Part shown: piece by piece, positions 9,576-19,845 of the stretch | Position numbering within the stretch: the stretch's first letter is position 1 | How the letters are laid out: each line of letters begins with the position of its first letter | Source of the DNA: Burkholderiaceae bacterium | GTDB taxonomy: Bacteria > Pseudomonadota > Gammaproteobacteria > Burkholderiales > Burkholderiaceae_F | Reading direction: 5' to 3' | Assembly: GCA_035623355.1 (NCBI GenBank) | Contig: DASPTP010000028.1 | Span: 320-64,319 of the forward strand | DNA: 64,000 bases | The notes under the pieces: generated by a model | Told to the model about the DNA's origin: nothing | The model's database searches: none | What the model saw: the letters and a program-made list of their open reading frames with translations, nothing else | Program-made: the position numbers and the translations under genes

Positions 9576-11377
9576 GGTGTGTCGATCTCGACAAATTCGT
9601 TGCGGGTAATCGAAATGCAATTCACCGGGCAGGCCCGAAAGCACGCCCCACAGCGGATGCATTCGTTATTGTCGATCCAGATTGCTCCGACTTGATTCCA
9701 CTCGCGAGCCTCCCGAAGACTGCCGTAAGTGCCGTCGGGTTGGACTTCGACGCCCTGCACCAGTTTGATGCAATTACGTGGCGCAACTTCGATGCACGCG
9801 CGACAGTAAATGCATCGGTCCACATCGATCTGGTAGTGCAGATTGCAAAGGTAGCAGCGTCGGGCTTCCTGGGTCGTTTGACCGGTATTTAGGCCCAATT
9901 CGACTTCGAGCTGATTTTTGCCCAGCCGATCGTGCAGCGGCGCCGTCGGCATGTGTTGACGACCGATGAAATCAAACGCCCGCTCACGCAACGGCTCTTG
10001 GATGGGGACAATCTGCACAACGCGTTTGCGCCGCGGCTTTCCCATCAGCCATGCATCGACCTTCTGTGCGGCAAGCCGCCCCCGGCCGATCGCCTCAACG
10101 ACGGTGGTGGGGCCGGTGACAAAATCCCCGCAGGCAAACAGACCCCGCGCCGAGGTCATTCCATCCTCGCCAATGCGCACGTTTTGCCACTGATCGAGCT
10201 CGATTCGGATGTCCAGAAAATCGTTGACAGTCTTTTGCCCGATGGCGATCAATAGTGTTTCGCAGGGTTCGACAAACTCCGATCCTTCAATCGCGATCGC
10301 CTGGCGTCGGCCGTCCTTGCGCCAGGCGCCGAGTCGATTTTGAACAAATTCGACCCCGCTCAGCCGGCCTTCCGGATCCAGGACGATGCCGACCGGCGTG
10401 CGCAATCCTTTGATCCGCACCCCTTCGCGCTTGGCCTCGAAGATCTCCTCCTTCGTGACCGGGATGTACTCCTCGGCCGTTCGAATATGGATCGTGACTT
10501 CGTGCGCGCCCAGTCGCGCCGCCACGCGTGCGCAATCAAGCGCCGTAAAGCCCGCACCCACTACGGCGACTCGGCGACGTACGCTCCTGCGTTCGCCTCG
10601 GTGCAGGCCCATCAGAAACGGCAGTCCGTGCTCGACATCGGGGCAGCCACCGGGCGGTTCGGATGCATCGCCCCGCACCTTAAGCGATAGCGGTTGCGGC
10701 GCCATGCAGCCGGCGGCCAGCAGCACCGCATCATGGCCTTTTAACAGATCCGCGACCCGCACCGCGTCCGGGCCCTTGCCCACCGCTTGACCACGCCGCA
10801 ACTCAACGCCCAAACGCAGCGCATTGTGCAACTCGAAGTCCAGAATATCTCGGGGAAGGCGGAACTCCGGTATGCCATAGCGCAACATTCCGCCAAAGTG
10901 TTGTTCGCGTTCGAAAAGCGTAACGTCGTGCCCGAGCACCGATAGGTCGTGAGCGGCCGCTACGCCGGCCGGTCCGGCGCCGACGATCGCGACACGTTTG
11001 CCCGTCGGGGCATACAAGCGCTCCGTGATCCGGTGACCGGCGCTCTTTAAGTCGGCTGCCGAACGCTTCAGGTTGCAAATTCCGACTGGCTCGCCGTTGC
11101 CCGGCCAGCCGTGGCGGCAAGCGCTTTCACAGGGTCGCGAGCAAATCCGCCCCAGCACGCCCGGCAAAACGTTGGCACTGCGATTGATTTCGTAGGCTTC
11201 GCCGTGCCGGCCCTCGGCGATCGCCTGAATGTACGCCGGGACGTTGGTGCCCGCGGGACAAGCACTCTGGCAGGGAATATTTTGTACGACCCAACCGACG
11301 TCGCGCGGATCCTCGGAATGCATGATCGGAGTGCTGGGTGGGGCCTCTTGATCCTGCGGCTCAGCAACGGCCGACAT
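9572..11377 (-). CDS. GltD/DsrL/KorC-like NAD(P)H:acceptor Fe-S flavoprotein with C-terminal 2x[4Fe-4S] domain
   Basis: PCQSACP, GRICSRPCESAC, GAGPAG, GGMLRYGIPEFRLP, GAGFTALDCAR, EARRCYLC, two CxxCxxCxxx(A/C)P motifs. Confidence 0.88.
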   Translation of the reverse strand: MSAVAEPQDQEAPPSTPIMHSEDPRDVGWVVQNIPCQSACPAGTNVPAYIQAIAEGRHGEAYEINRSANVLPGVLGRICSRPCESACRHGWPGNGEPVGICNLKRSAADLKSAGHRITERLYAPTGKRVAIVGAGPAGVAAAHDLSVLGHDVTLFEREQHFGGMLRYGIPEFRLPRDILDFELHNALRLGVELRRGQAVGKGPDAVRVADLLKGHDAVLLAAGCMAPQPLSLKVRGDASEPPGGCPDVEHGLPFLMGLHRGERRSVRRRVAVVGAGFTALDCARVAARLGAHEVTIHIRTAEEYIPVTKEEIFEAKREGVRIKGLRTPVGIVLDPEGRLSGVEFVQNRLGAWRKDGRRQAIAIEGSEFVEPCETLLIAIGQKTVNDFLDIRIELDQWQNVRIGEDGMTSARGLFACGDFVTGPTTVVEAIGRGRLAAQKVDAWLMGKPRRKRVVQIVPIQEPLRERAFDFIGRQHMPTAPLHDRLGKNQLEVELGLNTGQTTQEARRCYLCNLHYQIDVDRCIYCRACIEVAPRNCIKLVQGVEVQPDGTYGSLREAREWNQVGAIWIDNNECIRCGACFRACPVNCISITRNEFVEIDTP

Positions 11378-11703
11378 CGCAACCTTTCTATCGAAATGCC
11401 CGCCGCAAGCGCCGCGCCAGAAAAATGCATCGGGAAACAACCCCGCGCGCCACGGCGTTCACGAACATGACGCAAGGCCGATTTTCCGATCGAAAGGCCG
11501 GTGCGATGCTGATCGAGGTCAAAGCCACGGGGGTTGGCCACGATGTCCGGACTGCGCAAACGCCCCCGGCGCCATTGCGGTGCATCGATCCCAGGCGGAC
11601 ATATGCCCTATATTTGCGGCCCCGCGCCGACCGGTTATGCTGCAACCCCTGCCGCAGGAATGGGCTTTCTCCCGAACCTGCGCACCTCGGCTTACCGCAT
11701 CTT

Positions 11704-12597
11704 ATGCTTGCTCGACTTCCTGCCGCGTTGCGCGGCATCCTTACCGGGCTCACGCTCGGCCTCAATACCGTCTTGGTCTTCTCGCTGATGGTGCCGGCGG
11801 CCCTGCTCAAGCTGCTCGTACCCGTCGCTGCGGTCCGGCACCGCTGCGACGCCGTGCTAAATGCTCTGGCTTCGGGCTGGGTTGCCATCAACAACTCCTG
11901 GATCGGCTCCGTGCGCCGCGCACGGTGGGATGTGCAGGGAGTGGAAAATCTGCACGCGCGCGGTTGGTACCTCGTATCGAGTAATCACCAAAGTTGGGTG
12001 GACATCCTGGTGCTCCAGCGCATCTTTCACGGTCACATTCCCTTTCTGAAGTTTTTTGTCAAGCGCGAACTGATTTGGGTGCCAGTGATCGGCTTGGCTT
12101 GGTGGGCCCTCGATTTCCCGTTCTTAAGTCGGGGTCGTGGAAAAGGCGGGCACCAAGGCGACCTGAAATCGACCCGACAGTCGTGCGAGAAATTCAAACG
12201 CATACCCACCTCTGTAATCAATTTTGTCGAGGGCACTCGGTTTACCGCCGCCAAACACGCTACGCAGCACAGCCCCTACCGCCACTTGCTCAAGCCGAAG
12301 ATTGGGGGCTTGGGGATCGCGCTGGCCACGATGGGCGAGCAATTCGAGGCGCTGCTCGACGTGACGATCGTCTATCCCCATGGCGCGCCCCGCTTTTGGG
12401 ATCTGCTCTGTGGGCGCATCGACGCGGTCACAGTGCGCGTACAGCAGCGCGAAATTCCGCCGCAGCTGCTCGGCAGCGACCCGGTAGGAGACAAGGCATA
12501 TCGCCAGCGCATCAGCGCGTGGGTCGAACAGCAGTGGACGGAAAAAGACCGCTTGATCGACAGCCTGCTGGGTCTTCCGACAAACGCCGCGAGATAG
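11704..12597 (+). CDS. PlsC-family acyltransferase (YihG-like)
   Basis: NHQSWVD, KFFVKRELIWVP, FVEGTRFT, HLLKPK; ATG at 11704. Confidence 0.88.
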   Translation: MLARLPAALRGILTGLTLGLNTVLVFSLMVPAALLKLLVPVAAVRHRCDAVLNALASGWVAINNSWIGSVRRARWDVQGVENLHARGWYLVSSNHQSWVDILVLQRIFHGHIPFLKFFVKRELIWVPVIGLAWWALDFPFLSRGRGKGGHQGDLKSTRQSCEKFKRIPTSVINFVEGTRFTAAKHATQHSPYRHLLKPKIGGLGIALATMGEQFEALLDVTIVYPHGAPRFWDLLCGRIDAVTVRVQQREIPPQLLGSDPVGDKAYRQRISAWVEQQWTEKDRLIDSLLGLPTNAAR

Positions 12598-12835
12598 ATT
12601 TTGCCCAACGGGCAGCGCGGGCGCAAAACAGCGATTGCCGGCGGCTTTCTTTGGCCGGCGGGTCCATCGACCGCGCGCCGCGAGGTCGCATCTTCGAGAC
12701 GCCCGAAGTCGGTCGGGCCTCTGCTTGGCTGCGCATCGCACGAGGCGCGGAAGGCCAACCCTCATCCGTTGGCCGGGCAAGCTCCGTCTTGCGCCGGCCG
12801 CATTGGCCCGACGAGCGGGTGTGGCAGAATTTGCT

Positions 12836-12907
12836 TCGGAGATGGCATTCCTCCGGGTGCGCCTTGTGCTCATCGAACCGCCTGAAGTCGGGGCTAATGA
12901 TGCCTTC
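12836..12907 (+). ncRNA. Fluoride riboswitch (crcB motif)
   Basis: GGAGATGGCATTCCTCC...AACCGCC...GCTAATGATGCCT consensus with GGCAT/ATGCC pseudoknot pairing, about 70 nt upstream of crcB. Confidence 0.92.
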
Positions 12908-12978
12908 GTTGGCCCGGATGGGTCGCCTAGGCACCGTGTCACGCACCTGTCCGAAAACAACAGAAGAAGGACAGGCAC

Positions 12979-13362
12979 ATGTGGAAACCGATATTGGCGA
13001 TTTCGTTAGGTGCCGCGCTCGGTGCCCTTTTGCGTTGGGTTCTTGGCGCCAAGCTCAATAGCCTATTTCCCGACATTCCGCCCGGCACGCTCGCGGCCAA
13101 CTTGGTTGGCGGCTACGTCATTGGCGTGGCGGTTGGCTACTTTGCGCAGGCCCCGGGCATTGCGCCGGAATGGCGTTTGTTCATCATTACGGGTTTTTGC
13201 GGTGGGCTCACGACTTTTTCAACATTCTCCGCCGAGGTTGTTACGCTGCTGCAGGAGGGTCGGCTGCCGATGGTACTGGGTGCAATCGCCAGCCACGTCC
13301 TCGGGTCGCTGCTGATGACGCTCGCTGGACTTGCGTCCTGGAATTGGCTTCAGGCTCGTTAA
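12979..13362 (+). CDS. crcB: Fluoride channel Fluc/CrcB
   Basis: [33 protein letters not shown]; riboswitch upstream. Confidence 0.95.
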   Translation: MWKPILAISLGAALGALLRWVLGAKLNSLFPDIPPGTLAANLVGGYVIGVAVGYFAQAPGIAPEWRLFIITGFCGGLTTFSTFSAEVVTLLQEGRLPMVLGAIASHVLGSLLMTLAGLASWNWLQAR

Positions 13363-13383
13363 TTTCTTTTCGGGGGAACGTGC

Positions 13384-13707
13384 ATGAACGGCTACCAGAT
13401 CACCTTTTTCACGCAGCAGGACCGCCGCCACCACGGCAGACCCTTGGCCGACTGGTTGGTTCGCCTAGCCAAGGAAATGGACTTGCACGGCGCAACTCTC
13501 ATCCCGGCAAGCGAAGGCTTTGGTCATCACGGGCGCATTCACTCCGCCCATTTCTTCGAGTTGACCGATCAGCCGCTTGAGGTGCTGATGGCGGTCACAG
13601 CGGACGAGGCCGAGCGCTTGTTTGAGCGCCTGAAGGCGGAGGGCGTGCAGCTTTTCTACGTGAAAACCCCCGTGGAATTCGGAACCCTGGGCGGGGACGA
13701 CGTATGA
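13384..13707 (+). CDS. DUF190 family (PII-like) protein
   Basis: GAT....EGFG.HG..HSA.FFEL..QP motif; typical crcB neighbour. Confidence 0.85.
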   Translation: MNGYQITFFTQQDRRHHGRPLADWLVRLAKEMDLHGATLIPASEGFGHHGRIHSAHFFELTDQPLEVLMAVTADEAERLFERLKAEGVQLFYVKTPVEFGTLGGDDV

Positions 13708-14879
13708 GCGAAATCTGGACCCTGGCGTCCTTGTGGCTGGGGTTGGCGCTGCTCGCGTCTTTGCTTTCGATTTGGCTACGTGTGGCCACGGCCCTGTCCG
13801 AAATCGTCGTTGGAACCATTGCACAACTCGTCATCGGCGTCTCGCTCGGCAGCACGTTGTTGGCGGGCGATGCCACCTGGATCCGGTTTCTCTCTGGGGC
13901 GGGCGCGATTCTTCTGACTTTTCTCGCCGGCGCAGAACTTGACCCTGGTGTATTCCGCAAGGAATGGAGGCAGGCCGGTGCCATCGGCCTGGTTAGCTTT
14001 ACCGCTCCTTTTCTCGGATGCGCTGGCATCGCGCGCTGGGTACTCGGATGGACGCCGGAAGCAAGTTGGTTGGCCGGGATCGCGATGTCTACAACTTCCG
14101 TGGCGGTGGTCTATGCGGTGATGCTAGAGTTTGGCTTTAACACGACCCACTATGGCAAAGTCGTACTTGCGGCTTGCTTTATCACGGATCTTGCAACCGT
14201 GGTTGCCCTGGGGCTAATTTTCGCTCCCTTTACGTGGAGAACATTGGTCTTCCTCAGTGCGGGCATCGTTGTATTCGTGGTGCTCCCATGGCTTACACCG
14301 CGATTTTTTCGGCGCTATGGTGGACGTCCTTCCGAGCTGGAGGCCAAGTTCCTCTTGTTTGCGCTCTTTGGCCTCGGTGCCCTCGCCACCTGGGCCGACA
14401 GCGAGGCGGTGCTGCCCGCTTATTTGCTCGGTATGGTGCTGGCGGGCACGGTCGGCAAGGACCACGCCCTGATACGTCGCCTTCGCACGCTAACTTTCGG
14501 TTTGCTCACGCCCTTCTACTTCATTCGTGCTGGCTCGCTCGTTTCCCTGCCGGCGCTGGCCGCGGCGCCGATCGCCTTTGTCGCGCTGCTGATCGGGAAA
14601 ATGTTCACCAAGATCGCGGGTGTTTACCCGGTCACGCAGCTGTACGGCGCCGCCGCGCGCGAAGGCATGTACACGACCCTGCTGATGTCGACCGGTCTGA
14701 CATTTGGCACGATATCGGCACTATTTGGTCTTTCCCACAAACTCGTGGACCAGTCACAATACTCGGCGTTGGTTGCGGCGGTCGTCGGCAGTGCCGTCGT
14801 GCCGACCCTCCTTGCCAACGCTTTTTTTCTGCCCCGACATCTACTGCCGGCCGTTCAGCACAAAGTCAAGTCCGCTTAG
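13704..14879 (+). CDS. Cation:proton antiporter (CPA2 family)
   Basis: About 12 TM helices, FLAGAELD, STTSVAVV, ACFITD; ATGA overlap with DUF190. Confidence 0.85.
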   Translation: MSEIWTLASLWLGLALLASLLSIWLRVATALSEIVVGTIAQLVIGVSLGSTLLAGDATWIRFLSGAGAILLTFLAGAELDPGVFRKEWRQAGAIGLVSFTAPFLGCAGIARWVLGWTPEASWLAGIAMSTTSVAVVYAVMLEFGFNTTHYGKVVLAACFITDLATVVALGLIFAPFTWRTLVFLSAGIVVFVVLPWLTPRFFRRYGGRPSELEAKFLLFALFGLGALATWADSEAVLPAYLLGMVLAGTVGKDHALIRRLRTLTFGLLTPFYFIRAGSLVSLPALAAAPIAFVALLIGKMFTKIAGVYPVTQLYGAAAREGMYTTLLMSTGLTFGTISALFGLSHKLVDQSQYSALVAAVVGSAVVPTLLANAFFLPRHLLPAVQHKVKSA

Positions 14880-14889
14880 GAGTCGAACG

Positions 14890-15306
14890 ATGTTCGAGAA
14901 AATCCTTGTGGCTTATGACGGTTCCGAGAGCGCGGGACACGCCTTTGATCTTGCCTGCGATGTGGCAAAAAAATACGAGGCGGTTGTGCGTGTGATTGCC
15001 GTCGTTCGCCCTCCCGAATTCGGCGAAGAAGTGGAGACCGAGGCGGTCCTCGAGCACTCGATGCAACACTACCGGGACGTGCTGCAACCCCTTCACGAAC
15101 GGGCGAAAGCGGCGGCGCTTACGGCCGAGTTCGACGTGATCGTTGGCCATCCCGCCGAACGCATCATCGTCGACGCCGAGAAATGGGGTGCCAAGTTGAT
15201 CGTGCTGGGGCATCTTGGCCGCGGCCTCGTCGGGCGCTGGCTCATCGGTTCGGTCGCAAAGCAGGTCATGCATCATGCGCCGTGCGCCGTGTTGGTGACA
15301 CGCTGA
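14890..15306 (+). CDS. Universal stress protein (UspA family)
   Basis: KILVAYDGS, GHPAERI, LIVLG..G.G.....LIGSVAKQV.HHAPCAVLV. Confidence 0.9.
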   Translation: MFEKILVAYDGSESAGHAFDLACDVAKKYEAVVRVIAVVRPPEFGEEVETEAVLEHSMQHYRDVLQPLHERAKAAALTAEFDVIVGHPAERIIVDAEKWGAKLIVLGHLGRGLVGRWLIGSVAKQVMHHAPCAVLVTR

Positions 15307-15473
15307 AAAAGCGCGCAGGGGATACGAGGCGTCAGCAAAACGCTTCGGGCGCCCATTGCCGCGCGCAAGTGGTCGACCGAAGGCGGGGAAAGTGCCCTCA
15401 AGTTCGATTTGGCTGACATGATCCGAAAGGCCCTTACAATGGGGACCGCGTTCCCGGAAGATGTGGTCCGTTC

Positions 15474-15842
15474 ATGCCAAACAAGCTCGTTCGCTTTTTG
15501 CTTCATTGGTTGGTCACATCGCTGTCCCTTTGGGTTGCGAGCCGCGTTTTTAGCGGCATCCATTTTGCGGACGCCTCTTCCTTGATCATTTCCGCGTTGG
15601 TACTCGGATTTGCCAACGCGATCGTCCGGCCGTTACTGATCATTCTGACACTACCACTGACGTTGCTAACGCTGGGTCTGTTCTTGCTGGTGATCAACGC
15701 GGCGGTCCTCATGCTGGTCTCTGCACTGGTAAGCGGGTTTACGATTTCGAGCTTCGGAACCGCTTTTCTCGCCAGCATATTCATCGCAATCACGAGCTAC
15801 CTTATTGGGGCCGTGCTGGGTGCAGGCGCCAGGCCCCAGTAA
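15474..15842 (+). CDS. YvlD-like 4-TM membrane protein (holin superfamily IV annotation)
   Basis: NAIVRPLLIILTLPLTLLTLGLFLLVINA signature. Confidence 0.85.
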   Translation: MPNKLVRFLLHWLVTSLSLWVASRVFSGIHFADASSLIISALVLGFANAIVRPLLIILTLPLTLLTLGLFLLVINAAVLMLVSALVSGFTISSFGTAFLASIFIAITSYLIGAVLGAGARPQ

Positions 15843-16181
15843 GCCTCCTTGTGCACCGTGTTCGCGGGCGAGAGATCTTCGTTCTGTCGACGAAGGCTGA
15901 TGTAGGACAATCCGTGGTAACCGCAGTCCGAATCCGCGTCCGGGCCGCGGCGCTGCTATACGATGGCGATCGCGTCGGATGCAAAGCCTTCCGTTGAAAA
16001 TCCCGGTGGCCGTCGGCTCGGACTGGGTACCAACATTGCGCGTTTGGACAGGCCGTTTGCTTGCGGCGTTGTGGAGCGGCGCGTGCGCCCAGCCAGTAAC
16101 TGGGCAAGTGCCGCGAAATCGTCTCGACGGGTGGAGAAACTTCGCGCGACACCTTGGTGCCGTGGATAGGACACACTGAGC

Positions 16182-17321
16182 ATGCTGCCGTCTGCATTTG
16201 CACAACCCGTTTCGGCAGACATCCTTCGCGGGGAGGCGCCTTCGCAATTGCGTTGCCAAGGGGCGTGGATCACGCGCATGCTCGCACCGCTGGAAGAGCG
16301 AATCGAAAGCCTGATCGCCACCGTGGGGGAGGACGTGCGGATTGACGCCTCGGCGCTAACGGCGTTCGATACTTCGGGAGCTTGGCTGTTGCATCGCACC
16401 GTGCTCGCACTGCGCGCTCGCGGCCGCACGGTTCGGGTCGAAGGTCTGCGACCCGAATTTGAAGAGTTGCTCAGGCTGGTCGCCTCGCGCGCGCCGCCCG
16501 CGGGAGCCGGTCAAGCGCCCGCGCCGAGTCTGCTGACTCGGGTGGGCTTGGCGGCTTGGGAAGGATTGCGCCAAGCCCTGGGACTGCTGTCCTTTCTCGG
16601 CGAGGCGGCAACCGTTCTGAGCCGTTCGATCCGCGAGCCGCGTCGCATTCGATGGCGCGCCATCTTGTACAACATGCAGACGGCGGGATTCGAAGCCCTG
16701 CCAATCACCGGGCTTTTGACCTTCTTGCTCGGCGTTGTGATCGCGTATCAGGGAGCCGAGCAACTGCGGCGCGTCGGAGCCAACATCTACATCGCCGACC
16801 TGGTGGGACTTTCCATGGTCCGCGAACTCGCGCCCCTTATCACGGCCATTATCGTCGCGGGTCGCTCCGGATCGGCGTATGCGGCACAAATCGGCACAAT
16901 GAAAGTTACCGAGGAGATCGATGCCCTGCGAACAATTGGCATTGCGCCGTTCGATCTTCTCGTTTTGCCCAAAGTCGTGGCGCTTGCCGTGGTCTTGCCC
17001 CTCCTGACCGTGTATACGGACATGATGGGCATTCTGGGCGGCATGATCATGGCTCGCGCGCAGCTTCAGGTGAGCTTTGCCACATTTGTCAACCGCCTCG
17101 ATCAAGCCGTGAGCTTGACCTCGTACCTCGTCGGCATCGGCAAGGCGCCGGTATTCGCCGTAACCATCGCCCTGGTCGGCTGCTACCAGGGATTTTGCGT
17201 CACCGGCAGCGCCGAGAGCGTGGGTCGGCGCACCACCGTCAGCGTGGTGCAGTCGATCTTTCTTGTCATTTTAAGTGACGCGCTGTTTTCCATCGCATTT
17301 AGCTGGCTGCAGCTATGGTAG
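16182..17321 (+). CDS. mlaE: MlaE-family ABC permease with N-terminal STAS domain
   Basis: DTSGAWLL STAS region; RELAPLITAIIVAGRSGSAYAAQIGTMKVTEEIDAL. Confidence 0.9.
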   Translation: MLPSAFAQPVSADILRGEAPSQLRCQGAWITRMLAPLEERIESLIATVGEDVRIDASALTAFDTSGAWLLHRTVLALRARGRTVRVEGLRPEFEELLRLVASRAPPAGAGQAPAPSLLTRVGLAAWEGLRQALGLLSFLGEAATVLSRSIREPRRIRWRAILYNMQTAGFEALPITGLLTFLLGVVIAYQGAEQLRRVGANIYIADLVGLSMVRELAPLITAIIVAGRSGSAYAAQIGTMKVTEEIDALRTIGIAPFDLLVLPKVVALAVVLPLLTVYTDMMGILGGMIMARAQLQVSFATFVNRLDQAVSLTSYLVGIGKAPVFAVTIALVGCYQGFCVTGSAESVGRRTTVSVVQSIFLVILSDALFSIAFSWLQLW

Positions 17322-18094
17322 ATAGCAACGTCATTGCGGTCCGGGATTTGCACACGCGCTTTGGCAGCACGGTCGTGCACGATGGGGTGAGCTTTGCCGT
17401 CCGACACGGTGAAGTCTTCGCACTCGTGGGCGCGAGCGGCTGCGGCAAGTCGACGCTGCTACGCGAAATGATCGTGCTCCAGGCGCCGGTGTCCGGGTCG
17501 ATTCGAGTTTTTGGCCAGGAAGTGACCGGGCTCGACGACAACGAGGCGCTGGCACTGCGGCGTCGATGGGGAGTCATGTTCGAACGCGGCGCACTCTTTA
17601 GTGCGCTTACGGTCACGGAAAACGTCGCCACAGTGCTGGAAGAACACACGGCACTTAGCGCGGTGCTGCGCACGCAACTCGCGGCGGTCAAGATCGCGCT
17701 TACCGGGCTGCCACCGGACGCCGGCCCCAAATACCCCAATGAGCTATCCGGCGGAATGCGCAAGCGCGCGGCACTGGCGCGGGCACTGGCGCTGGACCCC
17801 GAGCTGCTTTTTCTGGACGAACCGACCGCGGGTCTTGACCCATTGAGCGCCTCCGGGATCGACGAGCTGGTGCGCCACCTGCGCGACGCGCTGGGACTGA
17901 CCATTATGATGGTTACCCACGATCTGGACCTGTTGTGGCGGACCGCGGATCGCGTCGCCGTGTTGGGCGATGGGCACATTCTGGGTGTCGGCACAATGCC
18001 GGAGCTTGCGAAGTCCGAGCATCCGCTGGTTCGCGAATACTTTTACGGGCCGCGCGGCCGCGGCGCGCGTGAGCAGGCATGGAAACAAAAGTAA
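17315..18094 (+). CDS. mlaF: MlaF-family ABC ATPase
   Basis: GASGCGKST, ELSGGMRKRAALARA, LFLDEPTAGLDP. Confidence 0.9.
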   Translation: MVDSNVIAVRDLHTRFGSTVVHDGVSFAVRHGEVFALVGASGCGKSTLLREMIVLQAPVSGSIRVFGQEVTGLDDNEALALRRRWGVMFERGALFSALTVTENVATVLEEHTALSAVLRTQLAAVKIALTGLPPDAGPKYPNELSGGMRKRAALARALALDPELLFLDEPTAGLDPLSASGIDELVRHLRDALGLTIMMVTHDLDLLWRTADRVAVLGDGHILGVGTMPELAKSEHPLVREYFYGPRGRGAREQAWKQK

Positions 18095-19005
18095 ATTTCG
18101 CCGTCGTGGGAGCCTTCGTGCTCGTGCTCGGGGCCGCCTTTATCGGGGGAATCCTATGGCTAAGCAGCGGCAAATCCTTTCGCGCATCTTATGACACCTA
18201 TCTCGTGTACATGAGCGAGTCGGTTTCGGGCTTAAGTCCCGATGCCCCCGTGCGTTACCGAGGCGTTCAAGTGGGCCGCGTGCGGCGGATCTCGCTGGCG
18301 CCGGGCGACGTGGAGAAGGTCCTGCTGACCCTTGACGTCCAGCGGGGCACACCCATCAAGCAAGACACCATTGCCGTTTTGCAAAGCCAGGGGCTGACGG
18401 GAATCGCGCACGTGGAGCTCTCTGGGGGAAGTCGGGAGTCGCCGCAACTCGAAACCCTGCCCAACGAAGAGTATCCCGTCATCCGCTCGGGACCTTCCCT
18501 GATGTTGCGGCTCGACACCGAGGTCAGCGCCCTGTTGGAGAATCTCAATAGGAGCAGCGAACGCTTCAACGCCCTGCTCGACGATCGCAATCGCAATGCG
18601 TTAAAGCAGACGCTTGTCAGTCTGGAAGCGGTCTCGCGCACCCTAGCCGGCCGCACGGCGGCGATCGACTCGGGGGTGACCGACGCCGCGCTCGCGATGC
18701 AAAACACCGTGCAAGTAACCAAGGAGCTGTCGCAGTTGCTCGAGCGGGTGCAGCGCAGCGCGGACGCTTTTGATCGGATGACCGCAGAAGGTGCGCTTGC
18801 CGGCGCCAGCGCGGCGCGCGCGATGGACAGCGCGCGCACGAGCTTAAATAACTTTTCCGGGCAAACGCTACCCGACGCGCAGCTGCTGATCACGGAGCTG
18901 CGCTCGCTCACGGTGTCGCTCAAACACTTGAGCGATGAACTCGAACGCGACCCCAGCATGCTGGTGCGCGGCAAATCGTCGGCAAAGCCGGGGCCGGGCG
19001 AATGA
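18079..19005 (+). CDS. mlaD: MCE/MlaD-family protein with helical C-terminus
   Basis: N-terminal TM, SVSGL...APVRYRGVQVGRV, QGLTG. Confidence 0.88.
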   Translation: METKVNFAVVGAFVLVLGAAFIGGILWLSSGKSFRASYDTYLVYMSESVSGLSPDAPVRYRGVQVGRVRRISLAPGDVEKVLLTLDVQRGTPIKQDTIAVLQSQGLTGIAHVELSGGSRESPQLETLPNEEYPVIRSGPSLMLRLDTEVSALLENLNRSSERFNALLDDRNRNALKQTLVSLEAVSRTLAGRTAAIDSGVTDAALAMQNTVQVTKELSQLLERVQRSADAFDRMTAEGALAGASAARAMDSARTSLNNFSGQTLPDAQLLITELRSLTVSLKHLSDELERDPSMLVRGKSSAKPGPGE

Positions 19006-19607
19006 GGCGCGCCCTTGCCGTGCTCGCCTGTGTCGGCTGCGTCGCGGCCTGCACGCCACTGCAACCGGCGCCTGCGGAGCCTGAGAGCATTTTTCTTCTC
19101 GAAGACCGCCCCGAAGGTGACTCGCCGCACCCGAAGGCCGGTCCGGTTATCGAAGTCACCCTGCCCCGTGCGCGCGCGGGGTTCGACACGGATCAGATGG
19201 TCTACACACGGCGGACCGACCAGATCGAGTACTTCTCGCGTAATCGGTGGGCGGACACACCGGCGCGAATGCTGGCGCCCGCACTCGCCCATGCCATCGA
19301 ACGCTCGGGTGCCTTTCGCGCCGTGGTGCGCGATCCGAATTCGGTACACACGGATCTTCGGCTCGATACCGAGCTCGTGCGCCTACAGCAGAACTTCAAT
19401 ACCCATCCGAGCCGCATCGAAATCGAAGTGCGAGTGCTGCTGGTCGGCAGCACACCCCCCGACACACTCGCGATGGCGCGATTCGAGGAAAGTGAGGAGG
19501 CAACGAGCGACGATCCGTACGGAGGCGTCCAAGCAGCAAATCGCGCGCTCTCTCGTCTGGTGCGGCGCGTTGCCCAGTTTTGCGTTGCGCAGGTTTCCCC
19601 GCAATAG
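19002..19607 (+). CDS. ABC-type auxiliary lipoprotein (PqiC-like)
   Basis: Lipobox VAAC, RWADTP motif, last gene of the MCE operon. Confidence 0.8.
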   Translation: MRRALAVLACVGCVAACTPLQPAPAEPESIFLLEDRPEGDSPHPKAGPVIEVTLPRARAGFDTDQMVYTRRTDQIEYFSRNRWADTPARMLAPALAHAIERSGAFRAVVRDPNSVHTDLRLDTELVRLQQNFNTHPSRIEIEVRVLLVGSTPPDTLAMARFEESEEATSDDPYGGVQAANRALSRLVRRVAQFCVAQVSPQ

Positions 19608-19845
19608 ACCGCGTGGTGCACGCCGAAGCAGCATCGTGCCACCGCCACACGCAGCACTTCGCTTTTCACGCGCTCGAGGGCCTACGCCTATGCGGCGCCG
19701 GCGCCCCGAATTTGGCGGCACGAATCTGCGTCGGTATGTGCCGCGAACCGGTGCGCATGAATTTTGCGCAACGGTCGCGTTTGCGAGACGTCGGCCAGAG
19801 TTTTCGCTTTATTGATCCGCCGGATCGAGTTTTCCACTAAGGGGC

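Noticed and set aside
15474-15842. Prophage suggested by a holin-family annotation
   Set aside because: YvlD-like proteins are common chromosomal membrane proteins, and there are no endolysin, integrase or structural phage genes nearby.
19628-19641. Possible sigma54 promoter TGGCACGATGCTGC on the minus strand
   Set aside because: The spacing is GG-N9-GC rather than N10, and it points antisense into the MCE operon.
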